Made by a program: the position numbers and the translations under genes
From: Gammaproteobacteria bacterium Ga0074134
GTDB taxonomy: Bacteria; Pseudomonadota; Gammaproteobacteria; Ga0077554; Ga007554
Assembly: GCA_001464965.1 (NCBI GenBank)
Contig: LNEJ01000031.1
Location: 44,215 to 108,214, forward strand
Length of the DNA stretch: 64,000 nucleotides
Reading direction: 5' to 3'
Notes under the pieces: generated by a model
Told to the model about the DNA's origin: nothing
What the model saw: the letters and a program-made list of their open reading frames with translations, nothing else
Databases searched by the model: none
Shown here: in pieces, positions 52,282-60,636 of the stretch
Numbering within the stretch: position 1 is the stretch's first letter
Layout of the letters: every line of letters starts with the position of its first letter

Positions 52282-52791
52282 ATGCGTAAAGGCGAGAAAG
52301 GTATTCTTGCCCTGATTGGCATCTTGTCTGTGGCTCTGGTGGGCCACAAAATATGGCAGCTGAGCACTGAAAAAAAAGAGGTGGATCGTGGAATCCCCTT
52401 TTATTCAACGGCGTCCCCCCAGTTGGGGACCGCAGGCTCCGATCTTTATCGCCGCCTTGAGTGTAAAAACTGCCACTCGTTGTGGAGTGTGCGTGATATG
52501 AGTGCTAATGTGCCGGCCCCGGCATTGGATGGTATTGGCTCGTTGCGCGACGAACAGTGGTTCTATACGTATTTCTCTGCCGGGAACCCCCAGTCGATCC
52601 TTCCTTCGCGCTTGAAAAAGATGTATCAAATGCCATCGTATGCGCATCTTTCCGAGGAAGAACGTAAAGTCCTCGCTTCTTATATGGCTAGTCTGAAGGT
52701 GCAGGACTGGTACTTGGAAGAGACTAAGAAGGCTGAGTTTGAAAAGCTGACAGGCAAGCCTTATGTTGCCGCAGGCAAGGTGATTCAATGA
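52282..52791 (+). CDS. membrane-anchored monoheme c-type cytochrome
   Basis: N-terminal TM, heme site CKNCH, candidate Met ligand in YQMPSY, LDGIGS and LASYMASL strings as in CcoP/CcoO-type class I domains. Confidence 0.7.
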   Translation: MRKGEKGILALIGILSVALVGHKIWQLSTEKKEVDRGIPFYSTASPQLGTAGSDLYRRLECKNCHSLWSVRDMSANVPAPALDGIGSLRDEQWFYTYFSAGNPQSILPSRLKKMYQMPSYAHLSEEERKVLASYMASLKVQDWYLEETKKAEFEKLTGKPYVAAGKVIQ

Positions 52792-53318
52792 ACGGCAAAA
52801 TTAAAAGCATACTCCTTGATGTTCTTGTCGCGGCCGTTGCCATAACGGTGGGTGTTGTCATCAATGTTCTTGGTGACCGATGGACAGGGGTTAAGTTGCA
52901 TTTATTTTCCGGGATTAATTATTTCACTTATGATTGGGCCGTGACGCTCTTTTTTGTGCCGTTTGTTGCTGGCCTCTTTGCGGCCTTGATTTATGGGTTT
53001 GGGGGTAAGTTGTTGGCGTTTTTTGTACCTTTTATTGTGCAGGGATATGCATATCTGGATGCATTTTATGGTGGCGTCGTGATACCAGAGGGTGTAAGGT
53101 TGCTTCCCCTTGTATACTGGCTTCTGGTTGTTTTGATTGCCATGGAGTTAGCAGGGGCGGGCGGCTTGGTGGGTGAGATAGTTGTGAAAAGGACCTACGG
53201 GCGCACCCCCAAGCATTTGCGGCATAGGCTTTATAAAGAAGCAGGCAGCGAGTTGGTTGCCGAGAACGCGCCGGTTGCCGGCAGTGCATCGTCTGGGGTG
53301 GAAAATGAAGTCCGGTGA
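52788..53318 (+). CDS. four-TM membrane protein of unknown function
   Basis: ATGA overlap with the cytochrome c gene. Four hydrophobic segments. No family recognised. Confidence 0.55.
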   Translation: MNGKIKSILLDVLVAAVAITVGVVINVLGDRWTGVKLHLFSGINYFTYDWAVTLFFVPFVAGLFAALIYGFGGKLLAFFVPFIVQGYAYLDAFYGGVVIPEGVRLLPLVYWLLVVLIAMELAGAGGLVGEIVVKRTYGRTPKHLRHRLYKEAGSELVAENAPVAGSASSGVENEVR

Positions 53319-54372
53319 ACTTCCACTCGCCCGAGGGATGACACCGGGGCAGATTGCCACACGCAAACGGTATATTGCGGCGACAGTGGTTTCATGTATT
53401 GCCTTGACCATGATCTTTGCAACCTTACATGTGGTGCAACTTGGCTCGAATCGTATGGCGGATATGCGCAGCAAGGCCTCATATGATCTCAAAGAGATGC
53501 ATAGCAAGATCCGGGCGGCGGGTGAGGATGTAACTCTTAACGCGCGTAGGGCGAAAGCCGGGCCTGTGGCGGCGGTTTCTTATACGCCTGCTGAAGTGGA
53601 GGCACTGCTGACGCCTGAGCAATGGCGTGAAGTGGATTCAACGCTATTGATCCCCGCCGGTGAGTTTTTGATGGGTACGGACCGGGAGCGTGATGATATG
53701 CAAAACCGTCCACAACATCGTGTCACACTAAAAGCCTATTTGATTGATAAATACCCGGTTACCAATGCCCAGTATGCGCGTTTTGTAGCGGCTGGCCATC
53801 GGCCGCCCCTGAATTGGCGTAAGGGTAGAATTCCCGAGGGCACAGAGTTGCATCCCGTGACGATGGTCTCGTGGTTTGATGCGGTGAGTTACGCGAAATG
53901 GGCAGGAAAACGCTTGCCTACCGAAGCGGAGTGGGAGAAGGCGGCGCGGGGTGTGGATGGACGTCGTTGGCCGTGGGGGGATAAAATGGATCCAACGCGA
54001 TTGAATACTTACTATTCTGTAGGTTCAACCACGCCCGTAACAGCTTATCCTTCAGGCGCAAGTCCCTATGGGGTGCTTGGCATGGCGGGCAATGTCAGCC
54101 AGTGGGTTGAGAATGATTTGCTGCCGTACGCGGGCAGCGCTGCGCCTGAGGATGTTTTTAAGGCAAAGATTGCTCAAATAAATTCAGCGGCAGATAGATC
54201 GCTCAAAGTTGTCGATTTGGTGTCTACAGAGAAACGCTACAAGGTTTTGCGCGGTGGCTCTTGGAAGAGTGATCCATTTTCCACCTCAACATATCACCGG
54301 AATTTTTCTTGGCCCTATGCGGCGTCTGATTTTTTTGGATTTCGTTGCGCCAAAGATGCTGACCCATCCTGA
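53305..54372 (+). CDS. SUMF1/FGE-sulfatase-domain protein (NirV/EgtB/PvdO superfamily), membrane anchored
   Basis: N-terminal TM. PQHRVTLKAYLIDKYPVTNAQYARF, HPVTMVSWFDAVSYAKWAGKRLPTEAEWEKAARG, GNVSQWV, RGGSW, FGFRCAKD. The FGE catalytic Cys pair is not evident. The start was moved to the ATG at 53305. Confidence 0.85.
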   Translation: MKSGELPLARGMTPGQIATRKRYIAATVVSCIALTMIFATLHVVQLGSNRMADMRSKASYDLKEMHSKIRAAGEDVTLNARRAKAGPVAAVSYTPAEVEALLTPEQWREVDSTLLIPAGEFLMGTDRERDDMQNRPQHRVTLKAYLIDKYPVTNAQYARFVAAGHRPPLNWRKGRIPEGTELHPVTMVSWFDAVSYAKWAGKRLPTEAEWEKAARGVDGRRWPWGDKMDPTRLNTYYSVGSTTPVTAYPSGASPYGVLGMAGNVSQWVENDLLPYAGSAAPEDVFKAKIAQINSAADRSLKVVDLVSTEKRYKVLRGGSWKSDPFSTSTYHRNFSWPYAASDFFGFRCAKDADPS

Positions 54373-54387
54373 TTCGAGGCGGTATTT

Positions 54388-54627
54388 ATGAAAAAATATA
54401 TTGGTATATGGGGCGCTTTTTTGCTGCTGGTGCAATCGGATTATGCCCTGGCGCTGGATAGCTACCGTTATTTGCATGTTACGATTGATACACCTTGGCT
54501 CATTTTTTTGTTTCTACTGCCCATGGTGTTGGGTCCCATTATTATTATTGCGATACTTTATTGGTATTTTGCCGCGCGCAAGCGCGCGGAGCAGGCTGAG
54601 GTTGCCAAGGAGCCAGAAGAGGCGTAA
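54388..54627 (+). CDS. small membrane protein
   Basis: 79 aa. Signal-like N-terminus, one TM (LIFLFLLPMVLGPIIIIAILYWYF), charged tail. A terminator follows. Confidence 0.5.
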   Translation: MKKYIGIWGAFLLLVQSDYALALDSYRYLHVTIDTPWLIFLFLLPMVLGPIIIIAILYWYFAARKRAEQAEVAKEPEEA

Positions 54628-54668
54628 CAGGATATCGCGGTTTTTTAAGACGAAAGTCATCGATGATC

Positions 54669-54690
54669 AAAGCCCCGTATGGGGCTTTTT
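54669..54690 (+). terminator. rho-independent terminator
   Basis: AAAGCCCC-GTAT-GGGGCTTT followed by TT. Confidence 0.6.
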
Positions 54691-54712
54691 AATATGTGTC
54701 GGAGTTTGAAGC

Positions 54713-55087
54713 ATGACAGCAGCAAGTTGCCGCATGATGAGCGCTAGAAAAAGCTGGTTAATTTTATTCCTCGTGGCGATTTTTATGGGGGCAATGGCGT
54801 CACCGCCGGTCAGGGCAAATGAGAGCCAGGAGGTGATGCAGTCCTTTGTCAACAAGGAGCAGACTGTCGGCAAGGATGTTTTGATTGCCGACAAAAAGAA
54901 GCACCAGATTTTGTTTATTATGGGTATCCTGCTGCTGATTGGCATTATCGGTGCCGCCGCGCTTGGTATTGCGATGGCAGTGTATGGCAAACAGGTTTTT
55001 GTTGCGCATATGGTATTTGCGGGGTTCAGCGTCTTTTTGGCGATCGCTCATGCGGTTACTGCCATTGTCTGGTTCTTTCCTTTCTGA
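54713..55087 (+). CDS. membrane protein of unknown function
   Basis: Signal peptide (probably from the internal MMSARKSW...PPVRA|NE) and two TM segments. Ends 19 nt upstream of the next gene. Confidence 0.5.
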   Translation: MTAASCRMMSARKSWLILFLVAIFMGAMASPPVRANESQEVMQSFVNKEQTVGKDVLIADKKKHQILFIMGILLLIGIIGAAALGIAMAVYGKQVFVAHMVFAGFSVFLAIAHAVTAIVWFFPF

Positions 55088-55105
55088 AAACTTTAAACGA
55101 TCCTC

Positions 55106-57838
55106 ATGCACGTTGATCAGCCGCTCAATCCCAGTTTGAGCGATTCCTCTCCACAAGACGGTGTACCCCGCCGTTGGGTCTGGGCGCTGATCCTGCTCTA
55201 TTTTGTCTCCGGTCTAACCAGTCTCGCCTATGAAGTGTTGTGGGCTCGCATGCTGGGTTTGCAATTCGGGGTCAGCATTTTCGGTGTAGTGGTGACGGTT
55301 GCCACTTTCATGTCGGGTCTTGGTCTGGGCAGCTTGCTGGGAGTGAGGCTTGCGCGCAACTCGCGGGCACCGCTGGTGGCTTTTGCCGCGCTGGAGGTTG
55401 GGGTCGCTCTTTATGCCCTGTGTATGCCATGGATGCAGCAGATGCTCGATGGCTGGCTGGGCGCGTATGCTGCGCAGGCAGGCCTCACGGCATGGTATAC
55501 GTTGCAATCTCTGGCTGCGTTGGTATTGCTGTTTGTCCCTGCACTGGCGATGGGGGCGGGATTCCCTTTGGTGCTCAGGGCGCTTGCAGGCGGTGCCGCA
55601 TCACCAAGCGTCTCACTAGGCAAAATCTATGGTTTTAATGCGGTAGGTGGTGCGGTGGGGGCGTTATTGCCCTTGCTATTGTTGCCATGGCTGGGATGGT
55701 CGAGCGCTGTGCATGTGGTTGCTGGCATTGGATTGTGCGTAGGCCTGGCGGCATTTTCGTTATCCTTTTCGCCACTTGCGAATACCGTGGCCGCGAAGAA
55801 AGATCCAGAGGGGGGCGTTGCGCGGTTATCTTTCGTTTCACTTGCTGCTTATGCTGGCGTGGGCGCGGCGGCATTGATGCTGCAGGTGGGTTGGACGCGC
55901 TTGTTCGGCATGATTCTGCTGCGTACTGAATATGTGCTGGCAGTTCTGCTGGCAGTGTTTCTGGTGGGGATTGGCCTGGGCAGTCTAGCTGCGCGGCACA
56001 TGCGCGGCGTGCGCTGGTTTGCTGTGCTGCCGTTGCTGGCGGGCAGTTTTAGCCTGCTGGGTATGTGGCTGGTGCCGAAGTTGGCGGGGTGGGTCGAGCA
56101 GGCGCATTTTTCATCCCTTGCGGACGCATTGTGGTGGCAGGGGCTGGCTGTTGCCGCGCTGACCTTGCCGGTAACGTTTGTGCTTGGCGCGTGGCTGCCA
56201 TTGCTCAATAAACGTTTGGGGGATCAGCACAGCACGGGGTCGTGGCTGTATGGTGTCAATTCTCTGGGCGCAGCGCTGGGTGCGGTGCTGGCGGGATTCG
56301 TGCTCATACCCTGGTTGGGAACCATGCCCACCTTGTGCGTGGCGGCAGTTGTGTTGTTCGCGTGCGGCATGGTGTGGGCTGATGGGCGCTGGCCCTGGCT
56401 GGCTATGCTCGGAGTAGTGGTACTGGCGGGGGTGGGCAGGGTGTATGAACTGCCCGCGGTGAGTGCGCTGCTGCCTGTGGCGCAGGCGGGCAGCCAGGAT
56501 ATTTATGTGCATGAAGACGCTCTATCCATTACCCATGTTGTGGAGCGGATCGATGGTCAGCGTTTGTTGCTGGCTGATTTGCAGCGCATGGATGCATCTT
56601 CCGATCCCTCTGCTGTCGAGGCGCAGCAAAATCAGGCCCGTCTGCCATTGATGCTGCATCCGGCGCCGCGCTCGGTGCTATTCCTTGGTTTGGGTACGGG
56701 GATATCCGCGGCAGGATCGCTGCCATACCCGCAATTGTCGCGCAAGGCGGTTGAGCTTTCGCAGGGGGCTATTACAGCGGCGGCGCAGTGGTTTGCGCCA
56801 GTGAATCACAATGTGATGGGCAAGTTGGCCGTGACGCGCGATGACGCGCGACGCTTTTTGCGCCGCGACACAGGGCATTACGATGTCATTATTGGCGATT
56901 TGTTTCATCCCGATCTGGTTGGGCATAGCGCCTTGTTGTCCGTGCAGCAGTTTCAGCGCGCCCGTGACAGGTTGACGGAGCATGGACTGTTCGTGCAGTG
57001 GCTGGCCCTGAATCAGTTTGATGCCGGGTCACTGGATATAATTTTCCGCAGCTTCCGGCGGGTCTTCCCCGACGCGGTCATTTTTATGGATGGTTTCCGT
57101 GTCGCGCTGGTAGGTCCGCAGGATGTTGTGCAGGGCGCGCCCGCATTGCTAGCAAATTTGGGCCGTCTGGCGCAAGCCGGACAATCCGCCGCAACGGGCG
57201 GGGAGGGCGCATGGACATGGCTGGGTCGTTACTGGGGGCCGATTGCGCCGAGTGCGGGTCCGGTGCAGGACGAATGGGCGCCTCAGATTGAGTACCGCTT
57301 ACCACGCGCGCGTTACCGTGATGCCTTTAATCTTGATGTATTATTGTCCAAGCTTCTGGAGCAGCGGCCAAATATGCCGCAGGCGGCGCTTGCCTTGAAT
57401 GTGCCGGTTGATGCCATGCAGGAGTTCGAGCGTAGCTATGTGGCTTCTTTCTTGGCGGTGAGAAGCTGGGTAGCCTTGCTGCGCGGTGATAATACGGGCG
57501 AGGCGCAACGTCTGATGCGCCTCGCCTTTGAGGCCAATCCGCGTGATCGCTGGATCGGTTTTGATCTGGCCGACAAGATGCTGGCGACATTGCCGCAGGC
57601 GCTGGATCGCGGCATGAATAAACGGCAGGCATTGCAGGCTATTTTGCAGGTGCGTCCAGACCATGCCGATGCCTTGCGGGCATTATGGCGCGTGGAGAAG
57701 GATGCCGGTGATGGTAAAATGGCGTCATTTTATCGTGCCCGTCTCAAGGCGGTCAGTCCTCTGGATCGTGACATTTATGACCTTGGAATGGGACAGGCGC
57801 AGAAAAAGCCCGAATCTTTGCTGTCACCCTCGCATTAG
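55106..57838 (+). CDS. fused multi-TM (MFS-like) / spermidine-synthase-like methyltransferase-fold / TPR protein
   Basis: 910 aa. N-terminal half polytopic (SGLTSLAYEVLWARMLGLQFG...). Central SAM/polyamine-fold strings (VLFLGLGTGISA; VIIGDLFHPD). C-terminal TPR-like helices. Confidence 0.8.
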   Translation: MHVDQPLNPSLSDSSPQDGVPRRWVWALILLYFVSGLTSLAYEVLWARMLGLQFGVSIFGVVVTVATFMSGLGLGSLLGVRLARNSRAPLVAFAALEVGVALYALCMPWMQQMLDGWLGAYAAQAGLTAWYTLQSLAALVLLFVPALAMGAGFPLVLRALAGGAASPSVSLGKIYGFNAVGGAVGALLPLLLLPWLGWSSAVHVVAGIGLCVGLAAFSLSFSPLANTVAAKKDPEGGVARLSFVSLAAYAGVGAAALMLQVGWTRLFGMILLRTEYVLAVLLAVFLVGIGLGSLAARHMRGVRWFAVLPLLAGSFSLLGMWLVPKLAGWVEQAHFSSLADALWWQGLAVAALTLPVTFVLGAWLPLLNKRLGDQHSTGSWLYGVNSLGAALGAVLAGFVLIPWLGTMPTLCVAAVVLFACGMVWADGRWPWLAMLGVVVLAGVGRVYELPAVSALLPVAQAGSQDIYVHEDALSITHVVERIDGQRLLLADLQRMDASSDPSAVEAQQNQARLPLMLHPAPRSVLFLGLGTGISAAGSLPYPQLSRKAVELSQGAITAAAQWFAPVNHNVMGKLAVTRDDARRFLRRDTGHYDVIIGDLFHPDLVGHSALLSVQQFQRARDRLTEHGLFVQWLALNQFDAGSLDIIFRSFRRVFPDAVIFMDGFRVALVGPQDVVQGAPALLANLGRLAQAGQSAATGGEGAWTWLGRYWGPIAPSAGPVQDEWAPQIEYRLPRARYRDAFNLDVLLSKLLEQRPNMPQAALALNVPVDAMQEFERSYVASFLAVRSWVALLRGDNTGEAQRLMRLAFEANPRDRWIGFDLADKMLATLPQALDRGMNKRQALQAILQVRPDHADALRALWRVEKDAGDGKMASFYRARLKAVSPLDRDIYDLGMGQAQKKPESLLSPSH

Positions 57839-57862
57839 CAATGCTTTGGTAATTGCTGAAAT

Positions 57863-57891
57863 AAAAAAGCCCGGCATTGCCGGGCTTTTTT
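57863..57891. terminator. bidirectional terminator
   Basis: AAAAAA-GCCCGGC-ATT-GCCGGGC-TTTTTT between convergent genes. Confidence 0.7.
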
Positions 57892-57911
57892 GATTGGAGG
57901 CGTAGCGAGCG

Positions 57912-58040
57912 TTAGCTCTTTTTGCCCTTTCTTGCGGCTATGTCCTTGAAAGCGGCGCTTGCAATCAAGCCCGAACCAAAGATCAGGAAGCCAAATACTG
58001 CCAAAGGAATCAGAATGTTGATGCCAATATTTTGAACCAT
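57912..58040 (-). CDS. possible 42-aa membrane peptide (not in ORF track)
   Basis: My translation is MVQNIGINILIPLAVFGFLIFGSGLIASAAFKDIAARKGKKS. GGGGAGGG sits 8-9 nt upstream. The terminator at 57863-57891 lies downstream. Confidence 0.4.
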   Translation of the reverse strand: MVQNIGINILIPLAVFGFLIFGSGLIASAAFKDIAARKGKKS

Positions 58041-58182
58041 TATTTACACCCTCCCCATCAATGTGTGTTAGGCGGTTTGCCAGATCGAACCAACCTCGGA
58101 TATATATATAGCATTGGAATGGGAAACGCAATGCTTTTTTACCATTATTTTGGTCTTCTTTGATTCGTGCTGGAAAACTGAA

Positions 58183-58212
58183 TTGCATGGTTTGCAAAGA
58201 GTAATGTAGAAT
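58183..58212 (+). promoter_or_regulatory. candidate sigma-70 promoter of the rpsF operon
   Basis: TTGCAT (58183-58188), 18-nt spacer, TAGAAT (58207-58212). Confidence 0.35.
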
Positions 58213-58323
58213 ACCCGGCTTGGCCAGTCGTGGCTGTTTGTGTGTGTAAATTTTCACTCCTTGCCTTCCCGCGTCATTTCAATATAAAGGCGGAAGGCTG
58301 CTATAAACCGTAAGGAGCATCTT

Positions 58324-58734
58324 ATGAAGCATTATGAAGTGGTATTTCTGGTGCATCCAGACCAGAGTGAACAAGTTCCCGCCATGATCGAGCGTTACCG
58401 TTCGACAATCGAATCCAAGGGCGGAAAGATCCATCGCCTTGAGGACTGGGGCCGCCGTCAGCTGGCTTACCCGATCAGCAAGGTCCACAAGGCGCATTAT
58501 GTGCTGATGAATATCGAATGTGGCGCCGAGACTATCAGCGAGCTCACCAGCGCCTTCCGTTTTAACGACGCCGTGTTGCGCAATCTGGTTGTCTCGTGCA
58601 GCGAGGCGATCACAACGCCATCGCTTTTGGCCAGGTCATCGGAAGAGCGTGAGGATCGTGAAGTCAAGTTCCGGCCGGATGTTGAAGAGGCCGCCGATGA
58701 AGTTGAAGGTGATCTGGCAGTGGCGGCGGAATAA
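58324..58734 (+). CDS. rpsF: 30S ribosomal protein S6
   Basis: [25 protein letters not shown]... with an acidic C-terminal tail. Confidence 0.95.
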   Translation: MKHYEVVFLVHPDQSEQVPAMIERYRSTIESKGGKIHRLEDWGRRQLAYPISKVHKAHYVLMNIECGAETISELTSAFRFNDAVLRNLVVSCSEAITTPSLLARSSEEREDREVKFRPDVEEAADEVEGDLAVAAE

Positions 58735-58786
58735 GCTGCGACTCTTGCATCACAATTGATTCGATAGATAGCTCTGGAGATTATTT

Positions 58787-59011
58787 ATGTCACGTTTTTT
58801 CCGCCGCAGAAAGTTTTGCCGTTTTACCGCTGAAAAAGTCAAAGAAATTGATTACAAAGATATCGCTGTACTGAAGAACTACATCACGGAGACCGGCAAG
58901 ATTGTGCCGAGCCGTATTACCGGAACCCGTGCCAGATATCAGCGGCAGTTGACCACCGCCATCAAGCGCGCACGTTACCTGGCATTGCTGCCCTATTGCG
59001 ACGCCCATTGA
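58787..59011 (+). CDS. rpsR: 30S ribosomal protein S18
   Basis: [21 protein letters not shown]...[12 protein letters not shown]. Confidence 0.95.
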   Translation: MSRFFRRRKFCRFTAEKVKEIDYKDIAVLKNYITETGKIVPSRITGTRARYQRQLTTAIKRARYLALLPYCDAH

Positions 59012-59124
59012 TTGCGAAAGGCGCGGGGGGTTGCCATTAAACTCCGCGCCTTAGTTTCTTGGGTCTGTGCTGGTAGAGATGGGTTCGTGGCGCCGGTGTG
59101 GTTTGACGTAAGCGCGGGCGTGGT

Positions 59125-60066
59125 TTGATGCAAAAATTTGCCGCATACATTATGCGCGGCCGTATCCAGGCGATACTGGTGGCGGCGTTGTTTGGTATCC
59201 TCTCCCTGTTGCTGCCAATGGCGCAGCCCTTGATGACTGTTGTGAGCGGGGCTGTGGTTGCCTTGGTGGCGCTGCGTCTTGGTGCGCGGGAAGGCATCTT
59301 TGTCGTTGTCGGGGCAGCGCTAGGGGTGTCGGCGCTTGCCCTTGTGACTCTGGGAAACCCGGCCCCGGGTTTGGTATTTGCGGCCGTGATTTGGCTGCCT
59401 GCGTGGCTGTTGGCGCTGCTATTGCGGGCCACCATTTCCTTGGTGATGGCTTTTCAGGTGGCAGCGCTGCTGGGGGGGTTGATCGTTGTCGCGGTTTACG
59501 CCGTGCTGCCTGATCCGGCGGCATGGTGGGTCAAGATGTTTGAGACCGTGATGCTTCCTGCGATGCAGCAGGCAGGGATGGGCGGTGCTGACCAGGTGCG
59601 GCAGGTATTGGGTGCCGTGTTGTCGCGTATGACCGGCATATTGGCTGGGGCGCAGGTGTTGACCCTGTTATTCAGCCTGTTAATCGCGCGCTGGTGGCAG
59701 GCATTGCTTTATAATCCGGGTGGTTTCGGGAGCGAGTTTTGCGCCCTGCGCCTGGGGGATCGCCTGGCCTATCCGGCCTTAATTGTGCTTGGTGCGGGTC
59801 TGTTTGTTTCGGGCAGTATTGGTGATGCCGCGAAAGACCTGCTGGTGGTGCTGACCGGGGTGTATATGTTGCAAGGGCTGGCGGTGGCGCATGGCGTGGC
59901 TGCGGCTGCCAAGGCAAACCCAGTGTGGTTGATGGCCCTTTATACCTTGATGGCGATTCTGCTGCCTTTTGTCGTGGTGGCATTGGCTGGGGTGGGGATT
60001 GCGGACAATTGGTTGAATATCCGATCTTATTTTGGCGTTAACCGGAAGCCGCCCGCTGAAGGTTGA
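59125..60066 (+). CDS. polytopic membrane protein (DUF2232-like) between rpsR and rplI
   Basis: 313 aa, about 8 hydrophobic segments. Its position between rpsR and rplI is seen in several gammaproteobacterial lineages. Confidence 0.65.
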   Translation: MMQKFAAYIMRGRIQAILVAALFGILSLLLPMAQPLMTVVSGAVVALVALRLGAREGIFVVVGAALGVSALALVTLGNPAPGLVFAAVIWLPAWLLALLLRATISLVMAFQVAALLGGLIVVAVYAVLPDPAAWWVKMFETVMLPAMQQAGMGGADQVRQVLGAVLSRMTGILAGAQVLTLLFSLLIARWWQALLYNPGGFGSEFCALRLGDRLAYPALIVLGAGLFVSGSIGDAAKDLLVVLTGVYMLQGLAVAHGVAAAAKANPVWLMALYTLMAILLPFVVVALAGVGIADNWLNIRSYFGVNRKPPAEG

Positions 60067-60105
60067 ACAGTTTTTATTATCACTGCATGAGTGAGGTATT
60101 GTGAG

Positions 60106-60555
60106 ATGGATTTGATTCTTCTTGAGAAAGTTCAGAATTTGGGTGTTTTGGGCGAAGTAGTGTCGGTCAAGCCTGGCTATGGCCGGAATTACCTGATCCC
60201 GCGTGGCAAGGCAGCGGTTGCTACCCCTGAGAATCGTGCCAAATATGAAGCACGCCGTGCCGAGCTGGAAAAGGCCGCAGCCGAGCTGCTGGCATCCGCT
60301 CAGGCGCGTGCCGCAGCGCTGGTTGACAAGGTTGTGACAGTTCGCAGCCAGGCGGGTGAGGGAGGCCGGTTGTTTGGCTCCGTGGGTACGCGCGATATCG
60401 CCGAGGCGGTGACTGCCGCCGGTGTTGCCGTTGAGAAGCATGAAGTGCGTCTCCCCGCCGGAGTGCTGCGCCAAGTGGGTGAATATAATGTCGAGATTCA
60501 CCTGCACCCGGATGTTAATGCCCAGGTGAAGATTGTCGTAGCGCCTGAGGCGTAA
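60106..60555 (+). CDS. rplI: 50S ribosomal protein L9
   Basis: [36 protein letters not shown]. The start was moved to the ATG at 60106. Confidence 0.93.
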   Translation: MDLILLEKVQNLGVLGEVVSVKPGYGRNYLIPRGKAAVATPENRAKYEARRAELEKAAAELLASAQARAAALVDKVVTVRSQAGEGGRLFGSVGTRDIAEAVTAAGVAVEKHEVRLPAGVLRQVGEYNVEIHLHPDVNAQVKIVVAPEA

Positions 60556-60636
60556 TTAGAGGCAAGGGATCAGAGGGAGGGGATCAGTAAAGCGATTTCG
60601 AGCTGATATTGATCCCCGGTATCTGCTCCCTAAAAT

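Noticed and set aside
57835-58257. ORF 57835..58257(-) of 140 aa between the fused gene and rpsF.
   Set aside because: It reads through the bidirectional terminator and the rpsF promoter region, and its composition is unconvincing. The short 42-codon ORF in another frame, with its RBS, is the only plausible coding unit here.
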